Source: a virus
Virus record (IMG/VR): IMGVR_UViG_3300042893_000474
Span: 1-64,000 of that record
Strand: one strand, 5' to 3'
DNA: 64,000 bases
This document shows positions 19,289-29,400 of the stretch, one piece after another; the stretch's first letter is position 1, and each line of letters opens with the position of its first letter. The notes under the pieces were generated by a model. It saw only the letters and a program-made list of their open reading frames with translations, searched no databases and was not told the origin of the DNA. The position numbers and the translations under genes were made by a program.

Positions 19289-20692
19289 ATGAACTACGAT
19301 TTCACCCAAGTATTTGTTGCAACAAACAAATACGTAACAACTGGAAACGGATTCGATGCACTCGGTGCTCGTATCTTCGGCGTATTTACTCCTACTTATG
19401 TATCAGGTACTGACCGTTTAGTAGGCTTTCAATCTGTTAACTACAGCACAGGTGCTCCTACACCATCTGCAACTCAACCTTTTAAAGAGATTATTATTGC
19501 TGTTGGAAATGCCACTACTTTCCCTTCAAACAAATTCGGAAGTTTCAAAACTCCTGTAATTCGTAAAGGTAAAGTAACTCAAGTATCTTATGTAGCTGCT
19601 GATGCAACTGCTGCTGCACAACAAGTTACTTACATCGGTTTTGACGAAGTTAACGATTTCAAATCACCTGCATTTGCTTGTGACGAAGAATACGTATTGA
19701 CTTTGAAGATTGATGAGTACTGGTCTAAAGGTGTATTCCAACCTTTGATTCAAGAGTCAGTTCGTGTTAAAACTGTAAGCTGCACAGAGTGTGGTGGTGG
19801 TTGTGATGCTTTGAACTGCTATGACTACATGCAAGAATTGACAAGACAGGTAAATGCTAACCCATTGTTGAACAAGTATGTATTAGCTACTCACGTATTT
19901 AAAGGCACTGCTCCTACTTTCAAGTACACTTTGACTGTTCCTGATACCTTCGGTTCTGGTGCTGCTGCAACTTACATCACTTCAACTTTGCAACCTTACT
20001 ACCCATCAGGTACCTACGGTACTATCACCTTGACTGCTGATGCTGACGGTGCTGATGACGCAAACTTGACTGGTAACACTATGTTTGAGATTGCAACTCC
20101 TGTAATTACAAACGTAAACGACATGCCTACTTTCAACGGTATTGCGTGGGAAAGACAATCAGTAACTGCTGGTTCTGTAACCGCTTGTGGTATCAAATTG
20201 GAAGGTAAAGCTTTGGATGCTTTCGGTAACGCTTGTGTTCCTGATGCAGTTCCTTACGTATTCAACTTGGTTAAGTTCCAAGCTAAAGTACATAAAGGTC
20301 CTTTCAACTCTCAAGACTTTGACATCGATGATGTACAAACTCCTTGGTTTGTTACCACCACTCAAAACATTCGTTATGCGATTGGTCAAGGTTCAGCTAT
20401 GGCTGAAATGGAGCGTCATTACTTCCGTAATAACTTGCCTAACGTAGCTGAGTCTGTTTACTATTGGAATCCAATTTACAACGAAGATGTAAACCAATTC
20501 TTGTTCGTAAACAGTACTTTGTTGTACAACGTACTTTCTATTAAATTCTTGGACGATGCTCCTGTAGGATTTGAGAAGAAGTCTACTAATAGCCATGAAG
20601 TCTTGGTTATGGTTGATACAACTAACGAAACTGCTAATGGTGTTATTGGAACTGCCAACGTATTGGCTTTCTTTAACTATTTCGCTGCCTAA
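19289..20692 (+). CDS. abundant virion protein (auxiliary capsid protein candidate)
   Basis: High-expression codon bias like the MCP; beta-rich; followed by a terminator. Confidence 0.6.
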   Translation: MNYDFTQVFVATNKYVTTGNGFDALGARIFGVFTPTYVSGTDRLVGFQSVNYSTGAPTPSATQPFKEIIIAVGNATTFPSNKFGSFKTPVIRKGKVTQVSYVAADATAAAQQVTYIGFDEVNDFKSPAFACDEEYVLTLKIDEYWSKGVFQPLIQESVRVKTVSCTECGGGCDALNCYDYMQELTRQVNANPLLNKYVLATHVFKGTAPTFKYTLTVPDTFGSGAAATYITSTLQPYYPSGTYGTITLTADADGADDANLTGNTMFEIATPVITNVNDMPTFNGIAWERQSVTAGSVTACGIKLEGKALDAFGNACVPDAVPYVFNLVKFQAKVHKGPFNSQDFDIDDVQTPWFVTTTQNIRYAIGQGSAMAEMERHYFRNNLPNVAESVYYWNPIYNEDVNQFLFVNSTLLYNVLSIKFLDDAPVGFEKKSTNSHEVLVMVDTTNETANGVIGTANVLAFFNYFAA

Positions 20693-20704
20693 TTATTAAA
20701 TAAC

Positions 20705-20730
20705 GGGGGGACTGATACTCCCCCCTTTTT
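20705..20730 (+). terminator. intrinsic terminator
   Basis: GGGGGGA...TCCCCCC followed by TTTTT. Confidence 0.8.
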
Positions 20731-20751
20731 AACTTTTTAAAAACAAAAAAA

Positions 20752-21225
20752 ATGGCAAAAGATATTATCCTAAAAACAGGAACTTACCTTCAAGTAGTAA
20801 CTAACAAAGACATTGCTAGTGGTAAGATTCCAGGTGCTTCTTTAGAAAAGTTCGTTGTGAACTTACTTAAGAGTCCTACATGTTGCGTTAAGTATGTGGC
20901 TTTAAGTAAAGCTAACTATACTCAAGCAACTTCATTAACTACTACAGTAGCAACAACTACACCTGCTGGAGAAATTACTCCATTCAGTGCTGTAACTACT
21001 GGAATTGGTTTAGCAGAAACTGGATTTACTGTAAACAATCCTTTTGTTACTGTTGACTCAGTTGTTTTGGCTAACGTTACTGACTACTCTGTTGCTCACG
21101 GAACCAATGGTCTTCCACAAGTAATTGTAGATGACATTGCTGCAGGTTCTTTTAAATTAATTATAGTAAACGGAGGAGCTAACGCTCTCAACGGTACTAT
21201 AAAAATTGGGTACTCAATTTTCTAA
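20752..21225 (+). CDS. putative virion decoration/fibre protein
   Basis: Thr-rich linker plus beta-rich C-terminal domain. Confidence 0.5.
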   Translation: MAKDIILKTGTYLQVVTNKDIASGKIPGASLEKFVVNLLKSPTCCVKYVALSKANYTQATSLTTTVATTTPAGEITPFSAVTTGIGLAETGFTVNNPFVTVDSVVLANVTDYSVAHGTNGLPQVIVDDIAAGSFKLIIVNGGANALNGTIKIGYSIF

Positions 21226-21231
21226 TTAAAT

Positions 21232-21254
21232 GGGGAGAGCAATCTCCCCTTTTA
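21232..21254 (+). terminator. intrinsic terminator
   Basis: GGGGAGA-GCAA-TCTCCCC-TTTT. Confidence 0.8.
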
Positions 21255-21265
21255 TTAAACATCAC

Positions 21266-21775
21266 ATGGCTAACTTACAAAGAAATATAGAAGTTTTAAA
21301 AGCTAAGGATTGTGCATATTTGTCAATCCTAGATACCTCGTACTATCCTGAAACTTTAGACGAGGCAAACATTCAAATTACTGCACCTGGTTATGATACT
21401 CCATTTGAATTTCCTTTTATTTTAAATGAAGTAAACATTTATAATTCATACACTTTTGGGTTTACGACTAGTGCAACGGCAGATTTTGTAGAATTGCCAG
21501 ATGGTTTATACACTTTGAATTTGACTACTTGCCCTGATACAGGAGTATGTACAAGATATCATTTACGTACTTGTAGGATTGATTGTAGACTTGCAGTACA
21601 ATGGGCTAAGTACGCACAAGATTGTGAAGATGAAAAGATTCTTTACTTCCTTGATAAGATAGAGTTTCTGTTGAGGGGTGCAGAAGCTAATGCAGATTTA
21701 TGTAACCCTGACAAAGCAATTGACCTTTATAGAAAAGCAGATGACCTACTTAGAAGATTTGAACTTGACTGTTAA
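21266..21775 (+). CDS. virion structural protein (Cys-rich)
   Basis: Start placed at ATG 21266 because the upstream in-frame ATG sits at the terminator; LPDGLY motif. Confidence 0.6.
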   Translation: MANLQRNIEVLKAKDCAYLSILDTSYYPETLDEANIQITAPGYDTPFEFPFILNEVNIYNSYTFGFTTSATADFVELPDGLYTLNLTTCPDTGVCTRYHLRTCRIDCRLAVQWAKYAQDCEDEKILYFLDKIEFLLRGAEANADLCNPDKAIDLYRKADDLLRRFELDC

Positions 21776-21929
21776 GGAAAAACTTGCTAAAGCTGCTGTT
21801 AAAGAAATGCAGCATATTAAGTACTTGACAAAACCTTACTACAAAAAATCTAGAAAGTATATGCGCTTTTTGAAACTAGCTCATTGCTTGGATTGCGTAG
21901 ACACGAATAACCTTAAAATTAAACTATAA
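21741..21929 (+). CDS. small hypothetical protein
   Basis: ATG 21741 overlaps the previous gene; CLDC motif. Confidence 0.5.
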   Translation: MTYLEDLNLTVKEKLAKAAVKEMQHIKYLTKPYYKKSRKYMRFLKLAHCLDCVDTNNLKIKL

Positions 21930-21940
21930 CTAATCACAAA

Positions 21941-22492
21941 ATGGCACATAAAGCATATAAACCTTGCTGCGAACCTAACAACTGTGGGGAAATTATTCCT
22001 TCTAAGTGTGTTAAGTATACTGGGACTCCTACTACAAATGGTCCTATTGATACTGAGTTTACTTGTACTCCGTATCTAAATGACGTTATTAATCTATTTG
22101 ATGACAACTTTAAAGACATTATCGAGAAAATTGGTATCAGTAAAACTGCACTTGATAGTGCTAACTCATCTTGTGGTCTTAACTTGGTTAATACTGGTTC
22201 TCTTACGACATATACAGTTAACGATACTCGCTACGTTCAAAGTGAAGTAGTAGTGCAGCTTTTAAATGTGGTTTGTGCTTTACAAAAACAAGTCAATTAT
22301 CTTAAGAATGAAAATGCTACTACTGATAGTGGCAATGTTTTTTGGATGGATTTGCCTTTAGACCAAGATTTTAAAACTTGGTTAAGTATAAATGGACAAT
22401 GTATTTTAACTGAACCTTGTGTACCTGCAGGTGGAATTACAACTTTGCGTGGGTTACTTCAAGCTATGATAACTAAAATTTGTAATCCTTAA
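21941..22492 (+). CDS. Cys-rich tail-fibre-associated protein
   Basis: CCEPNNCGEIIPSKCVKYTG N-terminus resembles that of 22506 (CLSTNYGKCITYSG). Confidence 0.55.
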   Translation: MAHKAYKPCCEPNNCGEIIPSKCVKYTGTPTTNGPIDTEFTCTPYLNDVINLFDDNFKDIIEKIGISKTALDSANSSCGLNLVNTGSLTTYTVNDTRYVQSEVVVQLLNVVCALQKQVNYLKNENATTDSGNVFWMDLPLDQDFKTWLSINGQCILTEPCVPAGGITTLRGLLQAMITKICNP

Positions 22493-22505
22493 TAATTAAA
22501 CTATA

Positions 22506-24431
22506 ATGAGTACTTGTCTTGACTGTTACGGCACTAATATAATTGAACCTTGTGAAGAGGTAGGATGTCTTTCCACAAATTATGGAAAGTGCATAACCTA
22601 TTCTGGCGCTGGTTTATTTTGTTCACTAGGCCCAATTAATACCTTTACCTTTTCAGGTACTGCGGTTTCCATTGTAAGCCCTGTTACGCTAGTACTAGCT
22701 GCTACAGGGGGTACTGGTTCTGGAGCTACTTTTAGTGTAACTCGTGGACCTTCTTCAACTAATTACAGTGTTGTTATTGTAAACAAAGGAAGTGGATACG
22801 CTGTAGGAGATACTTTGACTATTGCAGGTGCTTCTTTAGGAGGAGCTACTCCAGCAAATAACTTAAGCATTAGTGTTGCAACCTTGTCTGCAATTATTGA
22901 TACAACATACACAATGGATGCTGCTATCAAGAACTTGCATGATCGTATCTGTAACTTAACTCCATCTGGTCTTTTATACAGTGGATTTAACTTTAGTTGT
23001 TTAAGAGCTGCAGGTAACTTAGAATCAGTAGGTGCTGCAATTACAACAGCACAAGGATTTGCAGAAAGTTCTTCGGCTGCTTTATGTGCTTTGAATACAC
23101 GTTTAAAAGCAGTAGAAACTCCTACATTTACTGTGCCTGCTTGTGTAACAGGATTAACCTCTGGAGTATCTACTCTAGGAGCTATTCTTACTGAGTATGG
23201 TTCTAAACTTTGTGCTATCGTAAGTGGCTCAGGAGGTATTACAATTACAGGAGTTACAGTTCCTGGGTCTTGTACTATGACTGCACAACCTTCAGCAACT
23301 GCTGCTATTGGTACTTGGTTTGACTGGGTAGTGGACAACATGTGTTCAATCACTACGGGGTTAAACGCAGCAATTACTTCAACGAATTCAAACGTAAGTA
23401 CTATCACTACTTTTTTAGGAAGTACAGTTAAATTTAATAATAGTGCCAACTGCTTAACTGCTTTGGGGGGTACAGCAACTGATTCTGCTCATGCTACTAT
23501 TGGCTACTTAACTACCAAGGTATGTGCAGTAGACACAACAGTTACTGCTATACCTGCTTACATTAAGACTGATAGTGTAGCACTTAACTGGGTGGGTTGT
23601 TTTGGTTCTGCTCCGTATAGTTACACAAACACAGGAGCAAGTATTCAAACGCAACTGCAACGTATCGTAGCGGTATTGAATGCAGAAAAGACTGCATACT
23701 CTGGAGACTTTGTAGTAACTACTGCAGGTTGTGGTTCTAAGATTGTTTCTTTAGCTCCTTCTGCTGCTTTTTCTTGTAGTTCTTTGTCTGCGTGTTCTAT
23801 TGATTCTTTGGGAGATGTAGTAATAACTGCTCCCTCAAATCCTCATGTACTTTACTATAACGGAACTAACTGGATTAATAAGAATATCAATGCATTAGTT
23901 ACAATGACTAGTGTAGATACTTCTATCACAATCACTCCAACTACAACTGCAGGTAATGTAAACTTTGACTTAAGTGTTGCAGGACTTACTGCCACAAGAA
24001 GTAACCTTACTGCAATTGCAGTTACAGGAGCAAACAATACATTTAACGGAGCTTTTCCTACTACTCCTGGAAGTGGTTATGCACAAGTAACTAAACAAGG
24101 TAATATTGTATTGGTATCAGGTAGTATTGAGTTGGTTGTAACAAGTGGACTTACATTAGCTTTTGGTGCACCTGTACCTATTGCAACTGTTCCCGTTGGA
24201 TTCAGACCTTTAGCAGGAACTATTAGTTTTTACTCGAGAGTATTTAAAAAATCAATTGCTCCATACACTGACCCTGATGGTTCTTTTGACGCAAGAATTA
24301 CTATTGATATAGCAGGTACTGTAAATATAATTCCATACCCCGTATATCCTGCATCAAGTTTAGTACTTTCTGTTGCTGGATCAAAAGTAGAGATATTATT
24401 AGGAGCACACTCGTACAGTATCCTACCATAA
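22506..24431 (+). CDS. tail fibre / receptor-binding protein
   Basis: GSGYAVGDTLTI module; Cys-punctuated helical repeats; LGDVVIT...VLYYNGTNWIN fibre motif; C-terminal IATVPVGFRP domain. Confidence 0.7.
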   Translation: MSTCLDCYGTNIIEPCEEVGCLSTNYGKCITYSGAGLFCSLGPINTFTFSGTAVSIVSPVTLVLAATGGTGSGATFSVTRGPSSTNYSVVIVNKGSGYAVGDTLTIAGASLGGATPANNLSISVATLSAIIDTTYTMDAAIKNLHDRICNLTPSGLLYSGFNFSCLRAAGNLESVGAAITTAQGFAESSSAALCALNTRLKAVETPTFTVPACVTGLTSGVSTLGAILTEYGSKLCAIVSGSGGITITGVTVPGSCTMTAQPSATAAIGTWFDWVVDNMCSITTGLNAAITSTNSNVSTITTFLGSTVKFNNSANCLTALGGTATDSAHATIGYLTTKVCAVDTTVTAIPAYIKTDSVALNWVGCFGSAPYSYTNTGASIQTQLQRIVAVLNAEKTAYSGDFVVTTAGCGSKIVSLAPSAAFSCSSLSACSIDSLGDVVITAPSNPHVLYYNGTNWINKNINALVTMTSVDTSITITPTTTAGNVNFDLSVAGLTATRSNLTAIAVTGANNTFNGAFPTTPGSGYAQVTKQGNIVLVSGSIELVVTSGLTLAFGAPVPIATVPVGFRPLAGTISFYSRVFKKSIAPYTDPDGSFDARITIDIAGTVNIIPYPVYPASSLVLSVAGSKVEILLGAHSYSILP

Positions 24432-24477
24432 GACCTTGACAGTTTACTTGGGTTGGTTGTCTGTCAAAACCCCGAAT

Positions 24478-24502
24478 AGAGCCTAGGCAACTAGGCTCTT
24501 TT
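24478..24502 (+). terminator. intrinsic terminator
   Basis: AGAGCCTAG-GCAA-CTAGGCTCT-TTT. Confidence 0.85.
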
Positions 24503-24519
24503 GGTTTAATTAAAAGTAA

Positions 24520-24550
24520 TTGACATTAGTAATACTTTAAATTATATTTG
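24520..24550 (+). promoter_or_regulatory. Bacteroidota-type promoter for tail genes
   Basis: TTG 24520-24522, 20-nt spacer, TATATTTG 24543-24550. Confidence 0.7.
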
Positions 24551-24574
24551 TATAAAAGTAACTCTACATAAACT

Positions 24575-25204
24575 ATGACAATATCAGATATAATATCCAG
24601 AATTAAAATTTCTAATAAATTTATTAGTGACGATGATTTCATATCTGATAGGTTTATCTATAATACTCTTAAGAGTAAAGCTAGCGCAGTATTAAGAAGA
24701 GAAATTAACCTGCGCAAGTTATTAACTTCTGATAACGTTTATAGTGTTTATGAATGTGTTGAGTTAATTCCTGCACCTGGAGCTGAGTGTGATCTAGGAT
24801 GCGACATAAGAAGAACTAAGAAAAAACTACCTAAGATTGAAGAAGGTTTGTATTCTTACTTTATTCAAGGTGTATTTAACACATCTAACTCTGAGGAATT
24901 ATTTCCAACAACCATCCGTGACTTTATTAATCACACACGTTTAAGAGTTAAGACTAACAGATCTTATTACACAATTAGAAATGGGTATCTTTATGTTCTT
25001 AACCCAGATGTAGAAGCTGTTAATATGTACGCATATTTTACTGAACCTTTAAACATGAGTCCTTGTGCTAGTATGTATGAACAAGAATTTAAGTTCCCAG
25101 AATACTTAATGGATTCTCTATTGGAGTTAACTAATCAAAGCTTTATTAACTACCATAAATTACCTATGGAACCTTTCAGTGATAACAAAGATGACGCAAG
25201 CTAA
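24575..25204 (+). CDS. putative tail ring protein
   Basis: crAss tail-module position; YYTIRNGYLYV motif. Confidence 0.6.
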   Translation: MTISDIISRIKISNKFISDDDFISDRFIYNTLKSKASAVLRREINLRKLLTSDNVYSVYECVELIPAPGAECDLGCDIRRTKKKLPKIEEGLYSYFIQGVFNTSNSEELFPTTIRDFINHTRLRVKTNRSYYTIRNGYLYVLNPDVEAVNMYAYFTEPLNMSPCASMYEQEFKFPEYLMDSLLELTNQSFINYHKLPMEPFSDNKDDAS

Positions 25205-25631
25205 GGAAAAGTTTTCTTTGAAATCAGATGTTAACCCATCTTCCATGCAAGCTTATAAAAAGTTTGTAAAGGAGACAGGTCGTTCTGAAATTTCTTACGA
25301 GAAGTTTAGAACAATTATTCTAAAAGTAAATGAAAAGGTATTAGAGAAGGTAATGACGGGACGCTATAAGATAAGATTTCCTAAAATTGGCTTACTGTCG
25401 CTTATAAAGGTCACTCCTACTAAACTACTAAAGAAGATAGATTGGGGGCGTTACCATAAAGATGGAGTATATACAACCTTTAAAAACTACCATACGGATG
25501 GTATGATGTACCGAATCTTCTTTTATCTTTACGAAAGGAAATACCCACAGTTTGGATTTTACAACTTTAGGCTAAGTAAACCTAATCAAGTTATGTTAGG
25601 ACAAAAGATTAAAAACAATGAAATACGATAA
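25191..25631 (+). CDS. IHF-like protein of the crAss tail module
   Basis: KIRFPKIGLL HU/IHF-like strand; sits between ring and tubular protein genes. Confidence 0.55.
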   Translation: MTQAKEKFSLKSDVNPSSMQAYKKFVKETGRSEISYEKFRTIILKVNEKVLEKVMTGRYKIRFPKIGLLSLIKVTPTKLLKKIDWGRYHKDGVYTTFKNYHTDGMMYRIFFYLYERKYPQFGFYNFRLSKPNQVMLGQKIKNNEIR

Positions 25632-26448
25632 CATTAATTATATAACTTCTGAGCCTTTAATTGCTGAGGTAAAACAAGAACTAAAGTCCTACTTTGAAGC
25701 AGGTGCAATAAGTGAAGTACTCATTCCTTCCTTTATTGACCAGGCGTTAAGAAAATTAAAAGTACTAGTACTTCGTCCAGAAGAAGCCGTTATTCGTTTT
25801 GAAAACTATAAATCAGAACTACCTCCTGATTTTTATTTACTTGATTATGCTATGTCGTATGAAAGTAGTATATTTTGGGAAACAGGATTACAAACATATT
25901 CTGGTTACTGGTATAAAAATATAGAAGCAAGTTGTGAAGGTTGTGGGGATAAAATTGAAACCTTTGAACAAATAAGTGTAGTAAGTCCTGGTTATAAAAT
26001 TTCTCTAAAAGTTCCTAAGTGGATTAGAGTTTATTTTGATTCTTCTTCCCTGTGTGTAGAGGGTTGCAGTAATTTAAGAGTAGCAAGTGCTGATATTATT
26101 AAGATTAATCAACACAAAAAAGTTAGTGCAAACTTTATAGAAGGTTGTGTATATGTACGTTACTTCTCTAGACCTGTTGATGATTATGGTATTCCTATGA
26201 TTCCTGAAGTTTTAGAAGTAGAAGAATACATCAAATCGTATTTGAAGTATAAATTTTTTGAACAAATGTGGCATTCCGTAATGGATGAGTCTGCAAAACA
26301 AGTAACAGATAAACTAACGTATTACAAAAGAGAACAACTTGAAAAGCTTCAAGCTGCTTATAACTATCTAATGACTAAATCAAAACAACAGATAGCTGAC
26401 TCAATTGTACGTACTCGTAATCGTTTTAGTAAATTCCACATTAGATAA
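25618..26448 (+). CDS. tail tubular/ring protein
   Basis: ELPPDF and DDYGIPMIP motifs; precedes the tail stabilisation gene. Confidence 0.7.
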   Translation: MKYDNINYITSEPLIAEVKQELKSYFEAGAISEVLIPSFIDQALRKLKVLVLRPEEAVIRFENYKSELPPDFYLLDYAMSYESSIFWETGLQTYSGYWYKNIEASCEGCGDKIETFEQISVVSPGYKISLKVPKWIRVYFDSSSLCVEGCSNLRVASADIIKINQHKKVSANFIEGCVYVRYFSRPVDDYGIPMIPEVLEVEEYIKSYLKYKFFEQMWHSVMDESAKQVTDKLTYYKREQLEKLQAAYNYLMTKSKQQIADSIVRTRNRFSKFHIR

Positions 26449-29400
26449 TGGAAATTAAAGGTAATCAAAATACCAAAGGTCTGAACCTTGATTCAGTAAA
26501 TTGGCAGGTAGAAGGAAGCCAGCTTACTTGGGCATTGAACGCAAACATCATGTCCCATGATGGTAATACGTTTACCTATACTAATGAAATGTCTAATCAA
26601 ATTTGTGTTGACTTTAGTTCATTCAAAAACGGATACAGAATTAATGGTCTACTTAACATAGTAGAACAGAACAAAGTAATTGTATTTTTAGTAGGCCCAG
26701 ACGGAAAAGGAGAGATAGGAGTAATAACAAATAACGGTTTAGACTGTGTTGAGTTAGATTCTGTTGAGACAGACTGTGGTTGTGTAGGAGGTAAAGTAAT
26801 TAAAGACACCGTAGTAAAAGCAACTACTACCATAACTTCAAACTCATCTACTTGTTTTTATGGAATTATTTATGAAACTATTGATGATGGTTCTGGAACT
26901 AACGTAAGCAATTACGGATTTAATTATGCAGATTGTAACGGTAATAAAGTAAGTGGGAATACAAGCAGTTTAGTTTTTAAAACAGTAGAACAGTGGTATA
27001 TTGAATTAGGTTATACTAGTTACCCAACTATTAATCCTATTTATTTAAATCAAGTAGTATCTGTAATATGTTATGATTCTATAGCCACTATAGATTATAT
27101 CAACGAACTAGGAGTTGCTTCAAGTAATGTATCTCCATTACAACATCCTACCCCTTTACTATACGATACACTTCCTTGTGCTAATACAGTCGTTGAAAAA
27201 ACGTGTTGTGATTATGAACCAATTTTAATTGATGAGTGCTGTCAAGACTGTTGTCAGGATTGTTACACAGTAACTTTAGAAACATTTAATACTTCTATTC
27301 CTTTAGGAGGATCTACAGGACAAGTAGTAATTGAGTATACTGATTGTAATGGTATAGTTCGTGGTATCGAAACGCCTAACAATACATTTGAGGGATATGG
27401 TTCTTTTAACATGATTAAAGATTCATGGAGAGTTATTCAAAGAGGTAAACCTGGTGTAGACGTACGGATAGTTTCTGAGCAGGTGTTTTCTACTGGTAAC
27501 TGCACTCCTTGTTTAAATCCTGCCCCTGAAAATTGCTGTTTAAACTTTGACATTGATTATCCTATCTATGCTACTTATAGAGTAGACCAATGTGAGACTA
27601 GAGTATATTTTGTACAAAAGAATAATCCTCCTCGTTATCTTTCTCTAGAGTTTCCTCTAAATAGAGACTCTTGTGGGGAAGCACAAGACTGCGGAGGTAA
27701 AAAACTTGTAACAAAGAAGACTTGCAAAGAGTTAAACATCTTCCCAGATACTTGCCATCCTAAAGTAACTCCAACTAGAGTTTCTAATGGGGGTCAACTT
27801 AAAGCAGGTAACTATCAGTTTTCTATTGCTTATACAGATGATGAAGGTGCTGAGTTGACTGACTACTTTGATTTCTGTCAACCTATTCCAATCTTTGAAA
27901 AGAAATTAACTAATCTTACAGACTATCAAACTAACTATGCTATTACAGTACAGATTGATCATAAGGTTAATATCTTTGACTACTTTAACTTAGTAGTTGC
28001 AGAAACTATTCAAAATGGAACTACTAATTATCATTTAATCGGTAGATACCGAGTACAGAAACAATACCTTACAGACTCTATTGTTTATACTGGCGAGTAT
28101 AAATCTAGTTTTAGTTCTATCTCTCCATTAATAAGAACTCCTTATTATAAAAATGGAGGAATTGTTGAGAATCAAAATGACATCTTAATGATTGCTGATT
28201 TGGAAAGAGAGTATCAATACAACTTCCAACCATTTGCAAATAAACTTAAGCTACTCTGGGAAACTGTAAAAATGCCTCATGGGGATAAATGGGACTACTC
28301 TAATCCTGAAGTAGTGCATATGTTCCGTACCTACCAGCGTGATGAAGTATATGCCTTTGGTATCAAATTTAAATTAAAGACAGGTAAGTATACTGAAGTA
28401 TTTCATATCCCAGGAAGAGCTAAGAGTGCTGCACTTGGAGATACAACTTCTGTTCCTATTACTAGTACAGATTACTTTATAGAAGATGGGGATTGTTTAG
28501 ATGTAGCGGCTCCAAAAGAAAAGTGGGAAATTTATAATACAGCAGGGCAAGGACAAACTTTTATTCCAAACAACCCCACTGAACTAGAGAAACAATTCTC
28601 TTGTGCTATCTTCAATGATAAGCGGGGTGAGTTTGCATATTGGGAATCAAAAGAACTGTACCCATGTAACGAAGAAATTTGGGATGAGGATGCTTATGGA
28701 AATACTCTATCAGGTAAACCTATACGTTTTCATAAATTTCCTGATTCATTAGTATCACATATTCACGATGGTCTATTTAATGCAGGCAATGTATTTCCAA
28801 GTTTTGATAAGACAAGTAATATATTTCCTATTGGAGTACGTGTAGATGAAGATGCATTTAACAACTTGTTAAATACTTTAACTATAGCAAACCCAGGTAA
28901 TCCTAGTATGCCTTTCTATGCAAAAGATCTTATTTGTGGTTTTGAATTAGTGTATGCAACTCGTGTTGGACATAAATCTGTAGTAGCAAAAGGTCTTTTA
29001 TATGACGTAGGTAAATACAGAACAGATGATGGCAGTAAAGAATACTACTACCCTAACTATCCATTTAATGATATTAACTGGAGAGGAAGTAGTTCTGTAT
29101 CTGACCCTTATTTACGTACTTCAGGAGATTGGTATAAAAAACAAGATAGAAGAAATAAAAATGAAAATCTTGGTGACTTTAGCCATAATGGATTTGTAGA
29201 TAACAATATTATAAACTACAAGCACAGCAGATTCACATTCCACTCTCCAGATACTCACTTCTCCTATCCTAAGATTGGTAGTGAACTTAAGTTAGAGACT
29301 CTTGAGATTGGTAGTGTAATGGGACACTTTGTAGAGGTAGATGAGCACAGTAAAATAAAATTGTATACTGACAAGATACAAACTGTATCTAACCTTCTTT

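Noticed and set aside
21230-21265. ORF-track start at 21230
   Set aside because: It runs through an intrinsic terminator; ATG 21266 is more plausible
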